Shown in pieces: positions 9,915 through 21,493 of a stretch of 64,000 bases of DNA. The position numbers were made by a program, and so were the translations under genes. This DNA comes from Escherichia coli (lineage in GTDB: Bacteria > Pseudomonadota > Gammaproteobacteria > Enterobacterales > Enterobacteriaceae). The stretch's first letter is position 1, and each line of letters starts with the position of its first letter. The stretch is taken from assembly GCF_965641715.1 (NCBI RefSeq), contig NZ_OZ282453.1. One strand, 5' to 3'. The notes under the pieces were generated by a model. The model worked only from the letters and a program-made list of their open reading frames with translations. It had not been told where the DNA came from and made no database searches.

Positions 9915-12317
9915 TCAGTTGTCTGTTGCACCAACCATACCCGCAAATTTGAGCCATTGTCCTGATGGACTTCTGTTACCGCGGTAGTGATAAACAAGGA
10001 TTGCATTTGTTACTCCACCATAGTCAGCTTTATGTGATGTGGTTAAGCGAATTGTATAATCACCATCGGGCAGGTTAAAAACTTCAATTACAGTCCCTGC
10101 TAATTCAACCGCTCCAAACCCCGTTATATTGTTGATGCTGCCCGCATTGAATCCCATCATATCGCCAAAACCAATCCAGTACTTTTTGCTGAACGCACCA
10201 TTTGACCTCAGGTGGTTAATAAATGTGGACATACTCATGCCCATTTCGCCGCCAGTTATGGCTGATGTACGTACCGAAATACTTGGCAGAGCACTACTCT
10301 TCACATAAGAGCTCAGAAGATTTATGACTTCTGTTTTCGTATAAGCATTAACGTTAGCCGCAGTCAACGTTATATCCGCAGTGCCATCAAACTTCACACC
10401 AGCAATTTCCCTTGCAGTCTGCAATTTCGTGGCACTGGCTGCGTTACCCGTTGTATCCTGATTGCCTGCCGCATTCACCCCCGGGATCAAATCTTTTACT
10501 GTATAAATCTGCGCCCAGTCCGACTCAAACCCATACTCATCCCGTGAGGAACGATAAAACAGCCCACCATTTTTATAATTGGCCCTGATTTGCAACGTCC
10601 GGCAACTTCCACCCCCTGTATAGAAGTTTGCAACAATATAGCTGCTGCCTGTCCGGGTGACATTGTATGCACCAGATTTGGCATTCCACGGAACGCCTCC
10701 CTCTGACTCTGCGTGCACACCGGACGATCCAAGAGCAAAAGCAGAGACATCTGCAGCGGACAGCCTGATGTCTGATTTCAATGCCTTACCATTCACCTTA
10801 CGACCAGATGGAACCCGGTCATTTGCATTATCATTCACCGCTTTCACCGCCATTGGTGTTGCCGCCAGCGATTCACTGTCACTGTCCGTGGCACTGCTGA
10901 GCTGTACCACCCCCTTTCTCGTCGTGCTCGCATCCTCTAGCGCCACGGCAGATGCAATATCCTCTGCCCGTTTTGCTGCTGTCTCGGCACGCGTTGCTGC
11001 AGATTCCGACGTACTTTTGCTCTGAGCTGCCGCTGTCGCACTACCAGCTGCCTCTGTCGCCTTCGTGGATGCCGTCGTGGCACTGACCTTCGCCTCTGAC
11101 GCCTGTCTTACCGCCTCATCTTTTGAAGCAGACGCCGATGATGCTGATGACGCCGCCGAACTGGCGGACGATGCGGCTGCCGTTTCTGAGGCTCCTGCGC
11201 GGGTTTCCGACGCTTTCGCATTCGTCTCAGATGTCTTCGCTGCGGAAGCAGAACTCGCAGCTGCAGTGGCCTGTTCAGTGGCTTCGCCAGCCTTCGTTGT
11301 GGCTGTTGAAGCGGACGATGCAGCGCTTTCTGCCGATTTTCCGGCGGCAGCGGCACTGGCTACAGCCTCCCCTGCCTTCACTGATGCCTCACGGGCCGAT
11401 GATGCAGCCGCGGTTTCTGAGCCTGCCGCAGCTGAGGCACTCTGTCCCGCTGCCGTTTCAGAAGACCTGGCGTTCGTCTCGGACGTTTTTGCCGCTTTCG
11501 CGGAATTGCCTGCCGCTGTTGCCGAGGAAGCTGCGCTACTGGCGCTCGAGGATGCGTTCGTTTCTGATGATTTTGCCGCCTCTTTTGAAGCCGCCGCATC
11601 CCGGGCTGAGGTGGCAGCTTCTGACGCTTTCGTAGTCGCGGTGGATGCAGAAGTGGCTGCTGATTGTTGTGACGCTGCCGCATTCGTTTCTGACGTTTTC
11701 GCGGCACTGGCACTGGTAGCTGCCGCGCTTTTTGAGGACTCTGCAGCGGCAGCACTTTTTGATGCTTCAGTGGCCTTTGTTGATGCCGTTCCTGCGCTGG
11801 AAGTCGCTGACTGAGCCGACGACGCGGCCTGTCCGGCTGACGTGCTGGCTGCGCGTGCTGAGTCCGCAGCATCAGTCGCATGGGTTGCCGCCTCACGGGC
11901 TGATGTGCTGGCATCACTGGCTGACTTCTTCGCGGCTGCCGTGTTCTGTGCCACCACGGACGCGTTACGCGCCACCTCTTCCACCATCAGCTCAAAACGG
12001 CGCAGTGCCTCCGGACGGGCATCATCCTCCGTCATGGCACCGAGAAAATCATTCAGCGTACCGGGTCGGGAATCTTCATACACGGTGATGGTCCCGGCAT
12101 GTGACGGCGGGAATCCTTCCACCAACAGAATAACGCTGTACTGACCGTACTCAACGTCCATGCTGTAACGCCCGGCTTCATCCGGATTTTCTGAGGCCAG
12201 CGTGTTCACCACCACCGTGGTACTGTTACGTTTTGCTTTCAGCTGGATTGTGCAGTTCTGTACCGGTTTTCCTGTGCCGTCTTTCAGTACACCTGAAATC
12301 TTTACTGCCATATTCAC
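9915..12317 (-). CDS. stf: Phage side tail fibre protein (Stf-like) with long Ala/Ser/Thr-rich repeat region
   Basis: 800 aa; N-terminus MAVKISGVLKDGTGKPVQNCTIQLKAKRN... typical of lambdoid prophage tail fibres; no tail-fibre assembly gene seen downstream. Confidence 0.85.
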   Translation of the reverse strand: MNMAVKISGVLKDGTGKPVQNCTIQLKAKRNSTTVVVNTLASENPDEAGRYSMDVEYGQYSVILLVEGFPPSHAGTITVYEDSRPGTLNDFLGAMTEDDARPEALRRFELMVEEVARNASVVAQNTAAAKKSASDASTSAREAATHATDAADSARAASTSAGQAASSAQSATSSAGTASTKATEASKSAAAAESSKSAAATSASAAKTSETNAAASQQSAATSASTATTKASEAATSARDAAASKEAAKSSETNASSSASSAASSATAAGNSAKAAKTSETNARSSETAAGQSASAAAGSETAAASSAREASVKAGEAVASAAAAGKSAESAASSASTATTKAGEATEQATAAASSASAAKTSETNAKASETRAGASETAAASSASSAASSASSASASKDEAVRQASEAKVSATTASTKATEAAGSATAAAQSKSTSESAATRAETAAKRAEDIASAVALEDASTTRKGVVQLSSATDSDSESLAATPMAVKAVNDNANDRVPSGRKVNGKALKSDIRLSAADVSAFALGSSGVHAESEGGVPWNAKSGAYNVTRTGSSYIVANFYTGGGSCRTLQIRANYKNGGLFYRSSRDEYGFESDWAQIYTVKDLIPGVNAAGNQDTTGNAASATKLQTAREIAGVKFDGTADITLTAANVNAYTKTEVINLLSSYVKSSALPSISVRTSAITGGEMGMSMSTFINHLRSNGAFSKKYWIGFGDMMGFNAGSINNITGFGAVELAGTVIEVFNLPDGDYTIRLTTSHKADYGGVTNAILVYHYRGNRSPSGQWLKFAGMVGATDN

Positions 12318-12375
12318 CCCACAAAAAAGCCCGCCTGAACCGGCGGGCTGTCATAACACTGTGTTACCTGGCTAA

Positions 12376-12975
12376 TCAGAATTTATAACCGACACCCACG
12401 ATGAAACCGTCAGTGCGCCAGTCACCACTGCCGGAGCCTTCATAAGCGACATCAATGGCCACGGATTCGGTCGGGTTAAACTGCACGCCAGCCCCCCACG
12501 CCAGAGACGTGTTGCTGTGGCGACCGTCATCACTTCCGGTCAGCACGTCGTGCGTTTTCCCCTTGTTATCAGTTACGCGGAGATAATCCCCGGAAAAAGT
12601 CGACACACGGCTGTAAGCCACACCCGCCATCGCATACGCGCTGAACCATTCATTCACGCGCACAGACGGCCCCGCCATCACGCTGAACCAGCGGTTACGC
12701 ACGGAATCTTCATGCCAGCGGGTATCGCTGTAACGGGTCAGCTGGCGATTCTTGTCTCCTGCATAGCTGAACGACGTCACCATCCCCAGTGTGTCCGTAA
12801 ACTCATAACGGTATTTCACGTTAATCCCGTTCAGATCATCGCTGCCGGGGACGTTCGTCGAGGCATGAAGATAGCCCGCGCTCAGCGTGGACTGATGTTC
12901 AGACGCCCATGCAGGCGCACAGGATGCGGCCAGACAAATGGCTGCGGACAAAATGGCGGCATAAAGTTTACGCAT
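12376..12975 (-). CDS. lom: Outer membrane protein Lom (Ail/Lom family)
   Basis: 199 aa with signal peptide and beta-barrel C-terminus ...GFIVGVGYKF; position after J as in lambda. Confidence 0.92.
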   Translation of the reverse strand: MRKLYAAILSAAICLAASCAPAWASEHQSTLSAGYLHASTNVPGSDDLNGINVKYRYEFTDTLGMVTSFSYAGDKNRQLTRYSDTRWHEDSVRNRWFSVMAGPSVRVNEWFSAYAMAGVAYSRVSTFSGDYLRVTDNKGKTHDVLTGSDDGRHSNTSLAWGAGVQFNPTESVAIDVAYEGSGSGDWRTDGFIVGVGYKF

Positions 12976-13044
12976 AATTACCTCTCGCTTTTCTGCAATA
13001 AAAAAGGCACCATTTCTGGTGCCCTTATCTGGGTTATAAATATT

Positions 13045-16000
13045 TCAACGGATACTGATACCGGAAGCCGCTTTTTTGGTCACTATCACCGTACAGTCTG
13101 TGATGTTACCTGCACCCTGATTGCCTTTCTGGAAAATCCTGAACTCCAGGGTGACGTTCCCACCACCACTCGGCATATCAATAACCGCGCTGTAACTCCC
13201 GGGAACTGCCCCTCTGGTTTCTCTGGATGCGATTAAGACACCGTTTTTGCGAACTTCAAAACCATAACCCGTGTACCTTGTACCTCCCGGGTTATTACCG
13301 CTCCCCGGATTGTCATACGCCACACCGTTAAAAATAATGGGCGGAATAATGATTTGACGGTCAAAGTTATGATCATCGCTGATGGTGACGGTAACCGTCC
13401 CGTCGGGTGTTTCCGTGTTCCCCCACGTACCGACTTTTTTCGGGAAGGCTTTTGATACAGCTTTAACGAAATCTCCTCTGACCTGGGTCGCCTCCAGCAT
13501 GCCCTTAATCGTACAGTTCTGGTTAATCGTGACATTGTTGAGCGTTCCTGAGTTCGCATTCACACTGCCACTGATATCCGCATTTTTCGCCGTCAGTCTC
13601 CCGTCTGGTGTCAGGGAAAATGCCGGCGGATTTCCACCGCTGGTAATGGTGGGAGCCGTCAGGCGTTTCAGGAACACGTCGTTCATGAATATCTGATCGC
13701 CCTGACCAACAAACATCGGTTTTGTGTTGCCATTCGCAGGATTAACCATCGCAATCCTGTCCGCCGCCAGCAGCACCTGACTCTGCATGCCGTCAGGGGT
13801 GTTCTCAATACCGGCACCAATACCCGCGATATAAAGGCGTCCGTCCTGCATCTGCTGCAGCTTCACAGCCCACATGCTGTTCAGGTTATTATTTGTATCA
13901 ACCTGAACCTTCTGTATCTGCTGAATTGCAGCACTCTGGTCTTCCAGTTTCTTATTGACGGTCTGCGTGATTTCATTGCTGACATCCGTAATGGACGTCC
14001 TGATTTCAGCCAGGTCAGGCGCAAGCTGACCGTTATCAATCTGCGTCCACAGCTCCTGAGCCAGATGGGTTTTCCCTATCTCGCCTTTGAAAAAATCCAG
14101 ATAACCGGATGCATCATCACTCGGCTGACCAACAGCCTCCACGAATGCCGATTTGCCAACGGTGTTCACACTGCGGATATAAAAGTAATAATCATGGCCC
14201 GGTTTGATATTGATACTGGCGGCTATCCAGTACAGCGCCGTGCCAAGATAGCGTGCTGTGGTTTCAACCTGCCTGATATCCGCAATCCGCTTTTCCGAGA
14301 ACCAGAACTCAAACTGTACCGTCGGATCATAAACCGCAAGATGCGGCGTGGCGGTTATCTGAAAATAGCCCGGCGTCAGCTCAATCCGCGACGGCGCTGC
14401 CGGTGCGGCAATCCGGAACGATACCGACGCCGGATCGCCCTGCTGCCCCCACGCATTTACTGCCCGGACTGTCAGCCTGTAGTTCCCCAGCGCCAGTTGT
14501 GTGAAGCGGTAAGTGGTTTCCGTCGTCCGGGCCGTGCTGACCAGCCACTCACTGCCGTCATCCGCTGTTACGGTCAGACGGAGCAGGAAGCTCACGCCCT
14601 TCACCACCTTCGGCGTGTCCCAGCGCGCCAGCACCTGATATTCCCCGCTGTCTGCGGTGACTTCGGCAGTCAGGTGCTGCACCGCTGGCGGCGTGACACC
14701 ATTCACCGTGCCGCTCTGGTCGCCGTCAAAGTGCGCCCCGTTATCCACGATGGCTTCTTTTTCCGGTACATGCTGCACGGCGGTGATGGCATACGTGCCG
14801 TCGTCGTTCTCACGGATACTCACGCAGCGGAACAGGCGCTGGCGCAGCGTCGGCAGCTTCAGCCCCCACACGCTGTATTCAGCAACGCCGTCAGGAACAC
14901 GGCTCACTTTCACCTTCACGCCGTCGGTGACGGACTGAACCTCCACGCTGACCGGATTGCCACTTCCGTCAACCAGGCTTATCAGCGTGGTGCCGGAGGA
15001 TGGCAGCGTGATTTCACGGTCGAGCGTCAGCGTCCGGGTCTGGCTGTTCACCGCCAGCACGCGCCCGCCGGTGCTGATACCGGCATAGTCATCATCGCAG
15101 ATTTCAATGACATCGCCCGGTACATGGCGAAGCCCTTCGGCACCCACGCTGAAGTCCACGGTCTGCGTTTCCAGCAGTTCTGTTTTAATCAGCCACAGCC
15201 CGGCGCGGTGCGCCTGCCCCCGACTGGTACAGCCAAACGCATCCATCTTCGTGACGTTACGACCGTAACGGGCAATGGCCTGCGAGTCCTCCACAAGCTC
15301 TGTCGCCGTCTCCTGGCCGTTATCCGGGTCAATCCAGTTCACTTCAACGGCATTATGGCGGTCTTTCAGGGCGCTGAAGCTGTAGCGGAATGGTGCGCCA
15401 TCATCCGGCATCACCACATTACTGCGGTTATAGGTCCACACCTTATCCGACGGTCGGTCCTGCACGAACGTCAGCGTCTGCCCGTTCCATACCGGCATAC
15501 AGCGCATCGCAGAGCAGAAATCACTGAGCACATCCCACGCCTTGCGCTGTGTGGTCAGGTACGCATTACAGGTGATGCGCGGCTCCGTGCCGCCAAAACC
15601 GTCCGGCACCGACTGATCGCAATGCTGGCCGATGACATACAGCGCCCATTTGTCCACATCCGCCGCACCAAGACGTTTCCCCATGCCGTAGCGCGGATGG
15701 GTCAGCATATCCCACAGACACCAGGCCATGTTGTTGCTGTATGCTGGCTTAAACGTTCCGTCCCAGATACCGCTGTATTGCCGCGTCTGCGGGTTATAGT
15801 TCGACGGCACCTGCAGAATACGCCCGCGCAGATGATAATTACGGCTCACCTGCTGGCTGCCGAACTGCTCCGAATCCACCTGTACGCCGACCAGTGCCGT
15901 GTTCGGGTAGCACTGTTTCACATCGATGATTTCGGTGTATGACGACCAGAGCGTTTTGTTCTGCAGCTGGTCTGTGGTGCTGTCCGGCGTCATTCTGCGC

Positions 16001-16542
16001 ATCCGGATATTAAACGGGCGCGGCGGCAGGTTATCCACCACCACCGAGGCCAGATACTGTGAAGTTGTTTTGCCCTTAATGGTGATATCTTTTTCCGTCA
16101 CCCAGCCACCGTTACGCTGTATCTGAACCAGCAGGCGGACTTCCGACGGATTCCGGTCCCCTTTTGAGGTGGTTTCCACCAGTGCCTGCACGCCGAAAGT
16201 AAAACGCAGACGGTCAATGTTTGCCGACGTGATGGTCCGGGTGATCGGCGTGTCATATTTCACTTCCGTACCCAGCACCGTCTCGGATCCGGAGGATTCA
16301 AAACCCTCCGGCGGTGTCTGCTCCTGCTCACCGGCCCGGAACACCACCGTGACACCGGAGATGTTGGTATTCCCCTCACTGTCCAGCACCGGCGTACTGT
16401 TCAGCAGCACGCTTTTTAATCCCTCCACCGGACCTTCTATCGGCCCTTCGCTGATGGCATCAATCACACTCAGCAACTGCGTGGATTTCAGATTGTCCTT
16501 CGCTTCTCGCGGGGTATGCCCCTTACTGCTGCCTTTACCCAT
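13045..16542 (-). CDS. J: Tail tip host-specificity protein J
   Basis: 1165 aa; [37 protein letters not shown]... near-identical to lambda J over most of its length, with a divergent C-terminal receptor-binding region. Confidence 0.97.
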   Translation of the reverse strand: MGKGSSKGHTPREAKDNLKSTQLLSVIDAISEGPIEGPVEGLKSVLLNSTPVLDSEGNTNISGVTVVFRAGEQEQTPPEGFESSGSETVLGTEVKYDTPITRTITSANIDRLRFTFGVQALVETTSKGDRNPSEVRLLVQIQRNGGWVTEKDITIKGKTTSQYLASVVVDNLPPRPFNIRMRRMTPDSTTDQLQNKTLWSSYTEIIDVKQCYPNTALVGVQVDSEQFGSQQVSRNYHLRGRILQVPSNYNPQTRQYSGIWDGTFKPAYSNNMAWCLWDMLTHPRYGMGKRLGAADVDKWALYVIGQHCDQSVPDGFGGTEPRITCNAYLTTQRKAWDVLSDFCSAMRCMPVWNGQTLTFVQDRPSDKVWTYNRSNVVMPDDGAPFRYSFSALKDRHNAVEVNWIDPDNGQETATELVEDSQAIARYGRNVTKMDAFGCTSRGQAHRAGLWLIKTELLETQTVDFSVGAEGLRHVPGDVIEICDDDYAGISTGGRVLAVNSQTRTLTLDREITLPSSGTTLISLVDGSGNPVSVEVQSVTDGVKVKVSRVPDGVAEYSVWGLKLPTLRQRLFRCVSIRENDDGTYAITAVQHVPEKEAIVDNGAHFDGDQSGTVNGVTPPAVQHLTAEVTADSGEYQVLARWDTPKVVKGVSFLLRLTVTADDGSEWLVSTARTTETTYRFTQLALGNYRLTVRAVNAWGQQGDPASVSFRIAAPAAPSRIELTPGYFQITATPHLAVYDPTVQFEFWFSEKRIADIRQVETTARYLGTALYWIAASINIKPGHDYYFYIRSVNTVGKSAFVEAVGQPSDDASGYLDFFKGEIGKTHLAQELWTQIDNGQLAPDLAEIRTSITDVSNEITQTVNKKLEDQSAAIQQIQKVQVDTNNNLNSMWAVKLQQMQDGRLYIAGIGAGIENTPDGMQSQVLLAADRIAMVNPANGNTKPMFVGQGDQIFMNDVFLKRLTAPTITSGGNPPAFSLTPDGRLTAKNADISGSVNANSGTLNNVTINQNCTIKGMLEATQVRGDFVKAVSKAFPKKVGTWGNTETPDGTVTVTISDDHNFDRQIIIPPIIFNGVAYDNPGSGNNPGGTRYTGYGFEVRKNGVLIASRETRGAVPGSYSAVIDMPSGGGNVTLEFRIFQKGNQGAGNITDCTVIVTKKAASGISIR

Positions 16543-16602
16543 TCGTCATACTCCATAAACGACAAAACCGCCCGCAGGCGGTTTCACATAAAACATGTTG
16601 TA

Positions 16603-17244
16603 TCAGCGACCAATCACCACAACCTGACCACCATCCCCTTCGTCTGCCGTGCTGATCTCCTGAGAAACCACCCGCGACCCCACGCGCATTTCACCGTACA
16701 GAACGGGCAGAACATTGCCCTGGGCAACCATGTTATCCAGTGAGGAGAAATACGTATTCTGTTTGCCGTTATCCGTTGTCTGTGTACGGGGGGTTCTGGG
16801 TTTAGGGGCCAGCATCTGTGCAACACCGCCAAGCGTCATACTGGCACCGAGAGAAAACAGCAGATTGCTCGCCATAATTCCTACCCCCGGCATCCATATA
16901 GCAACCGCCATAACAGCAGCGCCCAGCACAGCCTGAAACACTCCGCCACTTTTAGCCCCAGCCAGACGCGGCACGATGTGGATCACGGCACCATTCGCCA
17001 GCGGTTCATTAAGACGGGCTGATAATTCTGTTTCACCGGCATCATGCCCGGCAATGCGTACCTGATACCAGCCGTCGCTCAGTTTCTGACGAAACGCCGG
17101 GAGCTGTGTGGCCAGTGCCCGGATGGCTTCAGCCCCCGTTTTCACACGAAGGTCGATGCGGCGGCCAAATCGTTGTAAATCCCCGTAAAGGCAGATGCGT
17201 GCCATGCCCGGTGACGCCAGAGGGAGTGTGTGCGTCGCTGCCAT
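16603..17244 (-). CDS. I: Tail tip assembly protein I
   Basis: MAATHTLPLASPGMARICLYGDLQRFGRRIDLRVKTG... matches lambda I. Confidence 0.95.
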   Translation of the reverse strand: MAATHTLPLASPGMARICLYGDLQRFGRRIDLRVKTGAEAIRALATQLPAFRQKLSDGWYQVRIAGHDAGETELSARLNEPLANGAVIHIVPRLAGAKSGGVFQAVLGAAVMAVAIWMPGVGIMASNLLFSLGASMTLGGVAQMLAPKPRTPRTQTTDNGKQNTYFSSLDNMVAQGNVLPVLYGEMRVGSRVVSQEISTADEGDGGQVVVIGR

Positions 17245-17885
17245 TTGTCGGTATACCTCTCTCGTTTGCTCAGTTGTTCAGGAATATGGTGCAGCAGCTC
17301 GCCGTCGCCGCAGTAAATGGCGGCATGATTCGGCACCGATGAACCAAAGCAGCACAGCAGCACATCGCCCGGCTGCGCCTCTGTCAGTGCGACACGGTAA
17401 AAACCAGTCGCCTCCATATTGTCAAGATAGAGATTCTGGCCGTGACGCCACCAGTCATCCCCGCGATGAAAATCCGGCATCTCAATCCCCGCCAGATGGT
17501 AAGCGTCCCGGAACAGCGTGTAACAGTCCGTCACCCCGTGCTCAAAGCGCCGCCCGGTGAGATGCGGCACACAGCGGAACTTATGAATCACTCCCCGGCA
17601 GACCAGCCACCACGGCAAATCACTCTGCACCTGCAGCCGCCTGTCGGCCTCACTCAGCCAGGGCAGACCACCGGGGTGGCTGTGGACCAGCGCCACAATC
17701 TCACCCTGTATTTCTGCCTGCAGCCAGTCCTCCGGAGCCATCCGGAAATAATCCTCCGGCTCACCGGAGATATTCACGCAGGGAAAATATCTTTCTCCCT
17801 CCAGTGTTCTCACCACGAAGCCGCACGACTCCGCTGGCGCACATCGCCGGGCGTGCGCCAGAATCGCTGATTCAGTTTCTGTCAT
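17142..17885 (-). CDS. K: Tail tip assembly protein K
   Basis: MTETESAILAHARRCAPAESCGFV... matches lambda K; overlaps I as in lambda. The ORF track start at 17927 is probably upstream of the true start. Confidence 0.9.
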   Translation of the reverse strand: MTETESAILAHARRCAPAESCGFVVRTLEGERYFPCVNISGEPEDYFRMAPEDWLQAEIQGEIVALVHSHPGGLPWLSEADRRLQVQSDLPWWLVCRGVIHKFRCVPHLTGRRFEHGVTDCYTLFRDAYHLAGIEMPDFHRGDDWWRHGQNLYLDNMEATGFYRVALTEAQPGDVLLCCFGSSVPNHAAIYCGDGELLHHIPEQLSKRERYTDKWQRRTHSLWRHRAWHASAFTGIYNDLAAASTFV

Positions 17886-17889
17886 GGAT

Positions 17890-18588
17890 TTACTGCGAAA
17901 GTTTGTTAATGGAAAGGTAACCGCCAAAGTTGCCGAGGTTATTGCGAAACTTACAACCGCTCAGGCATTTGCTGCACTTATCCTTCGTGATATCGGACGT
18001 CGGCTGATCATATTCATCCGCGACCGCCGGACCGTGATAACCGCACTCATCGCCGCGATAGGTCCAGGTGCAGGTATTAGCCAGCATGATGCGCCCCGGA
18101 AAAACGGCACCATCCGTTTCCGTCGGTGTGGACAACACAAAGGAGGCACTGACCGCGCTCAGTTCGCTGCACTGCTCAATGCGCCAGCGGCTGAGCACCT
18201 CCTGCTCCGGATCGGCGTCACTGTTTCCGTTGACGAAGTTCACCGCATCCAGAAAACGGGCGTAAACCTTACGCCTGACCACCGTTCCGCCGACCAGACT
18301 CTGCAGATCTTCCGCCATCCCGGTGACCATACCGTGCAGGTTAGAAACCGTCAGTGTCGGACGGGCAGCACTGCCCTTGCCGTTCAGTTCAAATCCTGTC
18401 CCCTGAATGGGGTATGCCTGATACTGCCGCCCCTGCCAGGTGACCGGCTCACCTTTTTCGTTCTGCTCATTACAGAAAAAATAACGTTCTCCACCGACCT
18501 CTGTCAGGTCGATTTCCCAGAGCACCACGCTGGCCGACTGCTCCGCACGGGTGCATTCATTCAGTGTTTCCTGCCGGATATCCTGCAT
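17890..18588 (-). CDS. L: Tail tip assembly protein L
   Basis: 232 aa MQDIRQETLNECTRAEQSASVVLWEIDLTEVGGERYFF... matches lambda L. Confidence 0.96.
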   Translation of the reverse strand: MQDIRQETLNECTRAEQSASVVLWEIDLTEVGGERYFFCNEQNEKGEPVTWQGRQYQAYPIQGTGFELNGKGSAARPTLTVSNLHGMVTGMAEDLQSLVGGTVVRRKVYARFLDAVNFVNGNSDADPEQEVLSRWRIEQCSELSAVSASFVLSTPTETDGAVFPGRIMLANTCTWTYRGDECGYHGPAVADEYDQPTSDITKDKCSKCLSGCKFRNNLGNFGGYLSINKLSQ

Positions 18589-18917
18589 CAGTTCACCACC
18601 TGTTCAAACTCTGCGCTGAACTCAACACGCAACATACTGACCCGCGACGACCATTTTGCGCAGGTCACCTTTATCTGCCGGTAGCCATAAGGCGGCGTCC
18701 ACAGAAAGGCCTTCCAGCCCCCGTGCTCTGCCAGAAACGATTCCAGTGCCGTGGCCTCCTCGCGGGGAACAGAAAGCGTCACGCTGTACGTTTTCAGGTC
18801 GGCGTTCAGCCCGGCAGGCGCACGCTGAGAATAGCCATCACCAAAGCGCACCTTTCTTACAGAAGGGGCCGAAGCCACATCCATACCGGGTTTCACTTTC
18901 CAGCGGAAGGTTTTCAT
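18588..18917 (-). CDS. M: Tail tip protein M
   Basis: 109 aa MKTFRWKVKPGMDVASAPSVRKVRFGDGYSQRAP... matches lambda M. Confidence 0.96.
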   Translation of the reverse strand: MKTFRWKVKPGMDVASAPSVRKVRFGDGYSQRAPAGLNADLKTYSVTLSVPREEATALESFLAEHGGWKAFLWTPPYGYRQIKVTCAKWSSRVSMLRVEFSAEFEQVVN

Positions 18918-21493
18918 CGTCCACCTCCGGAGAACAGGCCACCATCACGCATCTGTGTCTGAATTTCATCACGGGCACCCTTGCGGGCCATGTCATACAC
19001 CGCCTTCAGAGCAGCCGGACCTATCTGCCCGTTCGTGCCGTCGTTGTTAATCACCACATGGTTATTCTGCTCAAACGTCCCGGACGCCTGCGACCGGCTG
19101 TCAGCCAGACTGCCCGGTGTACCGACATAACCACCGGTGGCATAGCCGCGCATCAGCCGGTAGAGATTCCCCACGCCAATCCGGCTGGTTGCCTCCTTCG
19201 TGAAGACAAATTCACCACGGTGAACAATCCCCGCTGGCTCATATTTGCCGCCGGTTCCCGTAAATCCCCCGGTCGCAAAATGGAATTTCGCCGCAGCGGC
19301 CTGAATGGCTGTACCGCCTGACGCGGATGCGCCGCCACCAACAGCCACGCCAATGGCGCTGCCGATACTCCCGACAATCCCCACCATTGCCTGCTTAAGC
19401 AGAATTTCTGTCATCATGGACAGCACGGAGCGGGTGAAGCTGCGCCAGTTCTGCTCACTGCCGGTCAGCATCGCCGCCATATTCTGTGCAATACCATCAA
19501 AGGTCTGCGTGGCTGCACTTTTTACCTGCGACATACTGTCCGTGGCGCTCTCTTCCCACTCACTCCAGCCGGACTTCAGGCCTGCCATCCAGCTCCCGCG
19601 AAGCTGGTCTTCAGCCGCCCAGGTCTTTTTCTGCTCTGACATGACGTTATTCAGCGCCAGAGGATTATCGCCATACTGTTCCTTCAGGCGCTGTTCCGTG
19701 GCTTCCCGCGCTGCCTGCCGGTCAGTCAGCCCCCGGCTTTTCGCATCAATGGCGGCCCGTTTTGCCCGTTGCTGCTGTGCGAATTTATCCGCCTGCTGCG
19801 CCAGCGCGTTCAGGCGCTCCTGATACGTAACCTTGTCGCCAAGTGCAGCCAGCTGGCGTTTGTACTCCAGCGTCTCATCTTTATGCGCCAGCAGGGATTT
19901 CTCCTGTGCAGACAGCTGGCGACGTTGCGCCGCCTCCTCCAGTACCGCGAACTGACTTTCTGCCTTCCACAAATCCCGGCGCTGCTGGCTGATTTTCTCA
20001 TTCGCTCCGGCATGCTTCTCCAGCATCCGGAGTTCTGCCTGAAGCGTCAGCAGGGCAGCATGAGCACTGTCTTCCTGGCGATCGCCTGCAGACACTTTCA
20101 CGCCGGACTGCTTCGGCTTTTTCAGCGTCGCTTCATAATCCTTTTTCGCTGCCGCCATCAGCGTGTTGTAATCTGCCTGCAGGATTTTCCCGTCTTTCAG
20201 TGCCTTATTCAGTTCTTCCTGACGGGCGGTATATTTCTCCAGCGGCGTCTGCAGGCGTTCGTAAGCCTTCTGCGCCTCTTCGGTATATTTCAGCCGTGAT
20301 GCCTCAGACTCGGCCCAGTCCTTTGCTGCCATCTCTCTGGCCTTTTCAAGATCGGCCTGCAACGTGGCGGCTGAAAGCCCAAGTTGCGCATTCGCTCTGT
20401 CCTCCCATGCTCCCCGGAGATTGGCAAGAAATGCTGAGGTTTTACCGCGCCGGTGGCTCCGGCTCTGATACCACTGCCATTTTTTGTCCGCCTCATCAAA
20501 AGCCTTTTCTGCTTTCTCCAGCATTCCCTGGGCAGTGTCCGGGCGACCAATATCCAGCACCGAATCCCACATGGATTTGAATGCCCGTGCTGTCCTGTCT
20601 GCCCAGGTCTCCAGCGTGCCCATGTTCTCTTTCAGGCGGCGGGTCTGGTCATCAAACCCTTTCGTTGCGGCCTCGTTCGCCGCCTGCAATGCCCCGGCTT
20701 CATCTCCGGAACGCTGCAACTGAGCAACATACGCAATCTGCTCCGCCGTCACGTTATGGAACTGACGTGCCATCGCTGTCAGTCCCGACGTCGGGTCTGT
20801 GGTCAGCTTCCCGAAGGCTTCAGCGACCTTGTCCACCTCCACGCCGGATGCAGAGGAGAAACGCGCCACACTCTGGCTGATCGCCTCAAACTGCTCACCA
20901 CCACGCACACCGGCATTCACCAGCGCCGTCAGTGACTCGCTGGTCTGGTTAAACGTCAGCCCTGCCGCCTGCCCGGCTCTGGACAGGACCAGCATGCGAT
21001 CTGCCGTCAGACCCGACTGATTGCCGGAAAGGACCAGCGTTTTGTTGAAATCGGACAGGGTTGAGTTGCCCTGATACCAGGCATACGCCAGCGCACCGGT
21101 CGCCACTGCCAGCGAGGTGGCCCCGACCATCGGCAGGGTGATCGCACCGGCAAGTCCCCTGAACATGGGGATCATACCGCCGAAGGAGTCCTTCACCTGA
21201 CCACCCTGTTGCAGCAGGATCAGCCACGGACTCTGCCCGCCTGCAAGCTGCGTGGCCACGTCGGTGAACTGTGCAGGAAGCATACGCATGGCGGCTTTAT
21301 ACTGTCCGACGGAAATCCCCGCTTTCTGTGCAGCCAGCGCCTGCCGGTTCATTGACTGTTCAACGACTGCCGCTGTTTTTTTCGCATCACTTTCCGTACC
21401 GGAAAAATGACGCCTGACTCTGGCCATCTGCTCGTCAAATCTGGCCGCATCCAGACTTAAATCAACGACCAGATCGCCTACCGGTTCAGCCAT
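18914..21493 (-). CDS. H: Tail tape-measure protein H
   Basis: 859 aa; matches lambda H in sequence and position. Confidence 0.96.
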   Translation of the reverse strand: MAEPVGDLVVDLSLDAARFDEQMARVRRHFSGTESDAKKTAAVVEQSMNRQALAAQKAGISVGQYKAAMRMLPAQFTDVATQLAGGQSPWLILLQQGGQVKDSFGGMIPMFRGLAGAITLPMVGATSLAVATGALAYAWYQGNSTLSDFNKTLVLSGNQSGLTADRMLVLSRAGQAAGLTFNQTSESLTALVNAGVRGGEQFEAISQSVARFSSASGVEVDKVAEAFGKLTTDPTSGLTAMARQFHNVTAEQIAYVAQLQRSGDEAGALQAANEAATKGFDDQTRRLKENMGTLETWADRTARAFKSMWDSVLDIGRPDTAQGMLEKAEKAFDEADKKWQWYQSRSHRRGKTSAFLANLRGAWEDRANAQLGLSAATLQADLEKAREMAAKDWAESEASRLKYTEEAQKAYERLQTPLEKYTARQEELNKALKDGKILQADYNTLMAAAKKDYEATLKKPKQSGVKVSAGDRQEDSAHAALLTLQAELRMLEKHAGANEKISQQRRDLWKAESQFAVLEEAAQRRQLSAQEKSLLAHKDETLEYKRQLAALGDKVTYQERLNALAQQADKFAQQQRAKRAAIDAKSRGLTDRQAAREATEQRLKEQYGDNPLALNNVMSEQKKTWAAEDQLRGSWMAGLKSGWSEWEESATDSMSQVKSAATQTFDGIAQNMAAMLTGSEQNWRSFTRSVLSMMTEILLKQAMVGIVGSIGSAIGVAVGGGASASGGTAIQAAAAKFHFATGGFTGTGGKYEPAGIVHRGEFVFTKEATSRIGVGNLYRLMRGYATGGYVGTPGSLADSRSQASGTFEQNNHVVINNDGTNGQIGPAALKAVYDMARKGARDEIQTQMRDGGLFSGGGR

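Noticed and set aside
10657-12144. Several Ala/Pro/Arg-rich ORFs on both strands inside the tail fibre gene (for example 11065..11814 and 11378..11917)
   Set aside because: Produced by the GC-rich Ala/Ser/Thr repeat region of the tail fibre gene; low-complexity translations with no independent support.
14065-15942. 625 aa plus-strand ORF inside J
   Set aside because: Antisense to the J frame, which matches lambda J throughout; Arg-rich composition typical of a shadow ORF.
19305-20935. Multiple plus-strand ORFs inside H
   Set aside because: Antisense to the tape-measure gene; overlapping frames with no coherent signals.
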